Origin: Lentisphaeria bacterium
Lineage (GTDB): Bacteria > Verrucomicrobiota > Lentisphaeria > Victivallales > UBA1829
NCBI GenBank assembly: GCA_017455665.1
Contig: JAFSZN010000154.1
Coordinates: 1-61,627, forward strand
Direction: 5' to 3'
Length of the DNA: 61,627 bases
The notes below the pieces were generated by a model. That model was not told where the DNA came from and searched no databases. It was given only the letters and a program-made list of their open reading frames with translations. Made by a program: the position numbers and the translations under genes. Positions 56,402 to 61,627 of this stretch are shown piece after piece (position 1 is the first letter of the stretch; each line of letters starts with the position of its first letter).

Positions 56402-58632
56402 TGCTGAAATTTCTGTCAGTTTCGTCATCACAAATCTTTCTGAACAGCATAGGGCAGTTGCTGGAAGTCATTTCGACAAGAATGGGAATGCCTGAAAGCA
56501 GATCTCTTTCTTTATCTTTTAATCCCCGCGCAGATGAAAACGATACGGACAGGCTTGCAGAATTCGAGCGTCTATTTTGTGCGGTAGATTCAAGTCTTCA
56601 GGAGCATGACCCGGTACACGACCGGTTTGTCGGAATCATTGATTGCGGGAAAGCAAAAAATGCCTGGGGAATCCACGCTTTGACAAGCATTCCCGGGATG
56701 ATGATCCTGACATTTCCTGAAATACAATGGATCCCTGTTTACAATGACGGGACTATCGGATCCAGTACCTTGGGCCTTAGGCGGGCGATTGAACTATGTC
56801 TGGGCGGTTATTCGCCGTTGTTCGACGGCGACGGGCTTCGTGGGATCCTGTTGAATCGAATTCGCAACGGCTATGGGAAGAGCGATTTGCGGCGGGATGT
56901 CGCCTTTGCGATTGACGAGGAGCCTTATTTCGCTTTCATCAACATCTACACTGCTTTTCGATTCGGATATCGTGGATTCCCCGTAACGACGGCCCGGTGC
57001 GCGGAGGAATTGCTCACCGCGCCCGCGAGTGATTCCGGAGTGAATCCGATTCGCGAAAAGATACCCTGTGCGGCCGAGTTCGATGAAACGAAGGAAGGAA
57101 CCGGGCATCAGGTGAACTCGGTTGTCGTATTTGAGGATATCTGCCTGCGCTTTCCCGATAGAAATGAGGAATATTCGAAAGAGATTGCCTTCGGAGACAA
57201 GCGGGATAGGTATTTCCGTCTGATTTCCGACGCTGACCTTCGCATCGTGACCACCGCCGCCCAGCCGGGAGAAAAAAATGCGGTCTGGCATGAAAAAAAG
57301 ATAACTCTTGAGTCGTATTTCAGAAAAGCCGGGATCGGCTCGATGCCGTATAGAAATGTCATCGCTTCCTATGGTGGAGAAATGAAGCAGATCGTACGGA
57401 TCCTGAAACGCAGACTATTCAATTATACCGGAGGAAAATGGATCGGGTACTGGCTGAAGAATCTGATAGAACTTATGGTTTATCTTTCCTTGGGGATTGT
57501 TTTTTTCGTGTACAAACCGTCCTGTATTTTTATTCTGCTGCTCTTTCTCTTTCTCCGTTTCTCTATCGTCAACTGGCTGAACGACAATCTTAAACTGGAT
57601 CGGTTCCCCTATGTCGTCAAATACCGCCAATGGGCATTTATGCCGAAATGCTATGTCAATCACGATCCGGTTTGGAATAATTCAGAAAAGGGAAGGGATC
57701 GGAACTGCCGTTTCTGGGATGTTGCGCGCAAGCCGCTTGCAGGCATATTCGGGCTTCGCAATAAATGCGGACTGCCCAATGGCAAAAACTGCCCGGCTGT
57801 TTACAGCACAGATTTTGTCGTCAATTTTTACCGGCAGGTCATTCGGACCGGACAGTTTGCCGACAATCCGAAGAACAAGCGCGAGGGAAGCGGTCATGCC
57901 GCACCGGGGGTGGCGCTAGAGATCGCCACGCGCCTGATTCGGCGGGCGGAAAACATGAAGGAGAAAGTCCTGGATGTGGAAAGCGCAATCTATGCCGCCG
58001 TGCTCGCGGATGTCGCGCTTGAGCTTCTGGACAACAAAACGCCTGCCGTTTCCATGGAGGCGGTTTACTGGAAACACCATTATGAAATCGTGGCTGAGTG
58101 CGAATTCGTAGGTGTGCGCGCCCACCTGGACATGAAAGACCGGTATATTGATATTCACAACGCGATCGGAAGGATATGCCGCGCCGACAACAACCGTGTC
58201 CGGAATACCATTTTTCTCTCCGGCATGGCGGAAATCGCTGAGAAGATTTCAAATCTTCTTTACGACAAGGGAAAACTTGAAGAGGCGGCGTACTTTACCA
58301 CACATTCCCGCCGCCTGCACCGCAAACTCCTCTCTCCCGCGATGAGGACTTTGATGGCGTATCCCGAATGGGCTTTGCGCAGCACTTGGAATTTCATGTT
58401 CAGCTTCGGCGGTTTCTTCCTGCTTTTCTTCCTGTACTGGAAGTATACTTTTGACCAGCCCTTCCTGACTGCGCTTACTTCGACCTTCAAGGTGATGGTC
58501 GCCCGGAATATGGAGACTCCGCCCATAGAAACGGACCAGACGAGATTCATCATCATGATGGCATGCCAGATCGCCGGTCTGCATCTGTGTTTTGTCGCCG
58601 CTCACTTCCTCATGTTCATGAACAGAAAGTGA
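56398..58632 (+). CDS. 744-aa membrane protein with split receiver-like domain, helical region and C-terminal channel-like 2-TM module
   Basis: VAFAIDEE, VVVFEDICL, RIVTTA, a TM pair, then RKPLAG; C-terminal TM-short helix-TM. Confidence 0.6.
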   Translation: MMLKFLSVSSSQIFLNSIGQLLEVISTRMGMPESRSLSLSFNPRADENDTDRLAEFERLFCAVDSSLQEHDPVHDRFVGIIDCGKAKNAWGIHALTSIPGMMILTFPEIQWIPVYNDGTIGSSTLGLRRAIELCLGGYSPLFDGDGLRGILLNRIRNGYGKSDLRRDVAFAIDEEPYFAFINIYTAFRFGYRGFPVTTARCAEELLTAPASDSGVNPIREKIPCAAEFDETKEGTGHQVNSVVVFEDICLRFPDRNEEYSKEIAFGDKRDRYFRLISDADLRIVTTAAQPGEKNAVWHEKKITLESYFRKAGIGSMPYRNVIASYGGEMKQIVRILKRRLFNYTGGKWIGYWLKNLIELMVYLSLGIVFFVYKPSCIFILLLFLFLRFSIVNWLNDNLKLDRFPYVVKYRQWAFMPKCYVNHDPVWNNSEKGRDRNCRFWDVARKPLAGIFGLRNKCGLPNGKNCPAVYSTDFVVNFYRQVIRTGQFADNPKNKREGSGHAAPGVALEIATRLIRRAENMKEKVLDVESAIYAAVLADVALELLDNKTPAVSMEAVYWKHHYEIVAECEFVGVRAHLDMKDRYIDIHNAIGRICRADNNRVRNTIFLSGMAEIAEKISNLLYDKGKLEEAAYFTTHSRRLHRKLLSPAMRTLMAYPEWALRSTWNFMFSFGGFFLLFFLYWKYTFDQPFLTALTSTFKVMVARNMETPPIETDQTRFIIMMACQIAGLHLCFVAAHFLMFMNRK

Positions 58633-58730
58633 AGCGGACGATATTGACGCGGCGGGGATGATCGGGAGGCGTCTTCGCGAGGCGCCGGTATTTTCCTTCC
58701 GTCGGATGAAGGATGCGGAATGGCGGGAGA

Positions 58731-59279
58731 TCAGAGTTTTTCCGCGGCGGCCTTGAGTTCGGCAAGGCGGGCGGCGTCCTTCGCCAGGTCATCGGCAGCG
58801 GCGGCGCAGATGGATTCGTCGAGGACGACTTCCCATCCGAGGAACTCCGCGATGCAGCGGAACTGGTCGGAGATGAGCTTGTATTCGGGATTGGAGAGGG
58901 AATCCGCGCCGCATGCCACGATGCCGATCTTCTTCTTCGTGCGGAGCGTGGGCGTCGCGGCGGCGTCATCCCTGGAATAGAACTTGTCGACGACGTCCTT
59001 CAGCTGGGCGGAGATGCCCCACCAGTAGACGGGCGACCCGAAGACCACGAGGTCGGCGCCGGCGACCTTGTTGATGATCTTGACCGTGTCGTCGGACTGG
59101 ATGCAGTTGCCGCCGTTGCGCTTGCAGGCGTCGCAGTTGCGGCAGGGACGGAACGTGAAGTCGTAGACGTTCAGGGATTCGACTGTGTGGCGGGCTTTCA
59201 GACCGTCTTCGATGGCGCGCAACGCGTGGGAGGTGTTGCCGTTTTTGCGGGGGCTTCCGTTCAGGATCAGGACGTTCAT
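58731..59279 (-). CDS. Flavodoxin family protein / NADPH-dependent FMN reductase (iron-sulfur flavoprotein-like)
   Basis: LNGSPRKNGNT, CRNCDAC…C, FGSPVYWW. Confidence 0.88.
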   Translation of the reverse strand: MNVLILNGSPRKNGNTSHALRAIEDGLKARHTVESLNVYDFTFRPCRNCDACKRNGGNCIQSDDTVKIINKVAGADLVVFGSPVYWWGISAQLKDVVDKFYSRDDAAATPTLRTKKKIGIVACGADSLSNPEYKLISDQFRCIAEFLGWEVVLDESICAAAADDLAKDAARLAELKAAAEKL

Positions 59280-59354
59280 GGTGGTTCTCCCGGGAATGTA
59301 GGTTCAGTGAAAAATGTGTAGGGTTGAGCTGGAAACTGGAAACGGGGCGTTCTG

Positions 59355-60380
59355 TCAGCGTTTTTTGCCGTCGCCCTGGGCGTCGTCGTCGGCATCGGTC
59401 CTCGGCTTTTTCTTGCCCTGGATCAGCGCGGCCGGATCGCTGTCGATGTACAGGATCAGCTCGATCAGGGCGTCGACGCCGTTGTTGACGTTGAACAGCG
59501 TCTCGTCGAGGGTCTTGCTGGTGCGGATGGCTGTCGCGAGGAAGGACCGGAGGTTTTCGTTGATCTGTGCGAAATCAATGACCTTGATCTCCGTCTCAAC
59601 GGTCTTGGCGAGGGATTCGACCGCGTTTGCGGCGACGCTGACGTTCTGCGAGATGTTGTCGATCTTGTCCTTGACGTCGGATCCGGTGAGCTTTTCGAGG
59701 TTGTCAATGCTCTTGCGTGCGGAAGTGACCATGGCGTTCACGTTGTCGATCGTCTCGTCGAATTTCGGCGAGTTGACGCGCTCGTTGATGGAGTCCAGCA
59801 CGGCGTTCGTGCGGTCGCTGATGCCCTTGTAGTCGATGCTTTCGAGCTTGGCGAGGATGGCCGTGACGCTGCCGCGGAGGTCGCTGATGAGGGAAGGCTG
59901 GCTCGGGACATAGGTGTATTCGATCCCGAACTCCTCCGTGTCGTATTTCCGCGGCGAGGCATCCTTTTCGATCTGGAGTTCGATGTACTTGCCGCCGGTG
60001 ATGCCTTCGAGTTCCATGCGGCAGCACAGGCCCTTCTTCACCGCTTCGACGACATGTTCGTTGAAATCCTCGACCGGGATGGTGACCGGGGCGTGGCCGG
60101 CCTGCTGGACCTTGAACTTGGAAATGTTGATCTCCATGTCGATGCGGATGACATTGTCGATGGGATAGATCATGATCTCGCTCACGTTGCCGATGGGCAC
60201 GCCCTGGTATTTCACGGAGGACCCGACGGAAAGTCCCTGGACCGATTCCGAAACGAGCGTGGAGATGTGCGCCTTCTCCTTGAAGCGGTCCATGGTGCCG
60301 AGGATGAAGAGCCCGGCGAAAAAGACAGCTGTCGCCAGGATGATGAACAGTCCGAGTTTGAATTTGCTGTTGTCGTTCAT
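59355..60380 (-). CDS. mlaD: MCE/MlaD family lipid-transport protein
   Basis: N-terminal TM, SVQGLSVGSSVKYQGVPIG, GITGGKYIEL, helical C-terminus ending DPAALIQG. Confidence 0.82.
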   Translation of the reverse strand: MNDNSKFKLGLFIILATAVFFAGLFILGTMDRFKEKAHISTLVSESVQGLSVGSSVKYQGVPIGNVSEIMIYPIDNVIRIDMEINISKFKVQQAGHAPVTIPVEDFNEHVVEAVKKGLCCRMELEGITGGKYIELQIEKDASPRKYDTEEFGIEYTYVPSQPSLISDLRGSVTAILAKLESIDYKGISDRTNAVLDSINERVNSPKFDETIDNVNAMVTSARKSIDNLEKLTGSDVKDKIDNISQNVSVAANAVESLAKTVETEIKVIDFAQINENLRSFLATAIRTSKTLDETLFNVNNGVDALIELILYIDSDPAALIQGKKKPRTDADDDAQGDGKKR

Positions 60381-60425
60381 GATGCGGGATTCCTTCCTGA
60401 AAATGACATGGAAACGGCCGGGATG

Positions 60426-61253
60426 TCAGGCATGGTCCGGCTCCGTGCTGTTGCTTTGATAGGTGCCGCCGCGCGAAAGGAACGTGCGGACGTATTCGTC
60501 GGCGCTGTGGTCGCGGAGATACGCGGGCGGGCCGTCGTCCACGATGCCCTTCTTTTCCGCGGAGAGCATGATCACGCGGTCGGAGACGCGGAAGATGCTC
60601 GGGAGCTCGTGCGTGACCATCATGATCGTGGCATGGGTCTTCTCGCGGATCTCCAGGATCACCTTGTCGAGCATGTCGGAGGTCAGCGGGTCAAGCCCCG
60701 CGGACGGTTCGTCGAAGAAGAGGAGTTTCGGGTCGAGGGCGAGGGCGCGCGCAAACGCGACGCGCTTGATCATGCCGCCGGAGAGGTCCGACGGCATGTA
60801 GTGTTCGAAGCCGTCCAGGTGGACGAGCGCGAGCTTTTCGGAGACGCGTTTCCTGATCTCGTCGCGTTTCCAGTTCGTCAGCTCCTCCATGGGGAGCGCG
60901 ATGTTTTCGGCGAGGTTCAGCGACCGGAACAGCGCGCCGCCCTGGTACGCCACGCCGAACTCCGACATGATGGAGCGCTTCTCCTGTTCGTCCGCGGTCA
61001 CGATGCTGCGCCCGTTGATGAGGATGTCGCCCCGGAGCGGCTTGTAGAGGCCGATGATGTGTTTGAGCAGGGTGCTCTTGCCGCAGCCGGACCCGCCGAG
61101 GATCGTCACGATCTGGCCCGGCTCAATGCGGAAATCCAGGTCCTGAAGCACGACGCGCGAACCGTAGCCGATGGAGAGGCCGCGGACCTCGATGGCGGGC
61201 GTCGCGGTGTTCACGGCGGGGGCGGGCGTTGCGGTGTCGGCGATGTCAGTCAT
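60426..61253 (-). CDS. mlaF: ABC ATPase of an Mla/Mce-type transporter
   Basis: GGSGCGKST, QGGALF, LSGGMIKRVAFARA, FDEPSAGLDP, VTHEL. Confidence 0.88.
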   Translation of the reverse strand: MTDIADTATPAPAVNTATPAIEVRGLSIGYGSRVVLQDLDFRIEPGQIVTILGGSGCGKSTLLKHIIGLYKPLRGDILINGRSIVTADEQEKRSIMSEFGVAYQGGALFRSLNLAENIALPMEELTNWKRDEIRKRVSEKLALVHLDGFEHYMPSDLSGGMIKRVAFARALALDPKLLFFDEPSAGLDPLTSDMLDKVILEIREKTHATIMMVTHELPSIFRVSDRVIMLSAEKKGIVDDGPPAYLRDHSADEYVRTFLSRGGTYQSNSTEPDHA

Positions 61254-61256
61254 GGC

Positions 61257-61627
61257 TCACATCCCCCATTCGTAGAACACGGTGAAGAGTTTCGCGAGGA
61301 ATGCGTCCGCCAGCACGATGAAGAGGATGCTCGTCACGACCGCCGAGGTCGTGGAGCGTCCGACCGCGATGGCGTCGCTGCCGGTGCGGAATCCGCGCCA
61401 GCAGCCGGTCATGGTGATGATGTAGGCGAAGACGACGCTCTTCAGGATGCCTTCGATGAAATACTTTACCGCGACGCCCTGCCGGGTCAGCCGCAGAAAC
61501 ACGTCCACCGGCATGCCGAGCTCGCTCCGCATCACCATGTAGCCGCCCGCGCATCCGACGAAATCGCCGATGACGGTCAGGAGCGGCAGCATGACCAGCA
61601 TCGCCCACATTTTCGGGACCACCAGGA
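61257..61627 (-). CDS. mlaE: MlaE-family permease, C-terminal part (5' end outside the window)
   Basis: LVPK…, GCWRG, AVGRSTTSAVV. Confidence 0.85.
   Translation of the reverse strand, partial: LVVPKMWAMLVMLPLLTVIGDFVGCAGGYMVMRSELGMPVDVFLRLTRQGVAVKYFIEGILKSVVFAYIITMTGCWRGFRTGSDAIAVGRSTTSAVVTSILFIVLADAFLAKLFTVFYEWGM

Noticed and set aside
42500-58700. Intact mobile element (prophage, ICE or transposon) carrying the signalling block
   Set aside because: No integrase, transposase, tRNA target or terminal direct repeats were found; only composition suggests foreign origin.
1-61627. tRNA or rRNA genes
   Set aside because: No cloverleaf or rRNA signature was seen in any intergenic region.

Overview
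High-GC bacterial chromosomal window. The gene content and the AIDA-repeat/FG-GAP surface proteins suggest a PVC-superphylum organism, probably Lentisphaeria; this is inference, not checked. From left to right: the 5' end of metG; proS interrupted by one in-frame TAA; lptD-lysA; mreB-ruvB-GT2-deacetylase; mscS; a Wzm/Wzt polysaccharide (probably rhamnan) cluster; a 686-aa AIDA/FG-GAP protein; an olsB-olsA operon that continues into a degenerate CobS-like protein, a GT-C protein, wbaP and a GT4; GH97; dprA; and a 3506-aa modular surface protein. Next comes a ~16-kb compositionally distinct block (about 42.5-58.6 kb), then a flavodoxin-like gene and mlaD-mlaF-mlaE. The block is the best candidate for an undescribed system. 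Its left arm holds a sigma54 enhancer-binding response regulator, a single-domain receiver, a LivHMGF-type ABC importer and a pseudo-receiver. Its divergent right arm holds a membrane-anchored LivK-type binding protein translationally coupled to a 1525-aa soluble atypical histidine-kinase-like protein whose C-terminal receiver has His in place of Asp. That is followed by a second His-type pseudo-receiver, a 2-TM protein with tandem repeats, and a 744-aa protein whose receiver is split by a TM hairpin and which ends in a channel-like membrane module. Each arm has a correctly spaced -24/-12 sigma54 promoter. The binding protein and the kinase N-terminus share one very AT-rich stretch that looks like an exchangeable specificity cassette. 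All protein calls are from motif recognition by eye; no searches were run.
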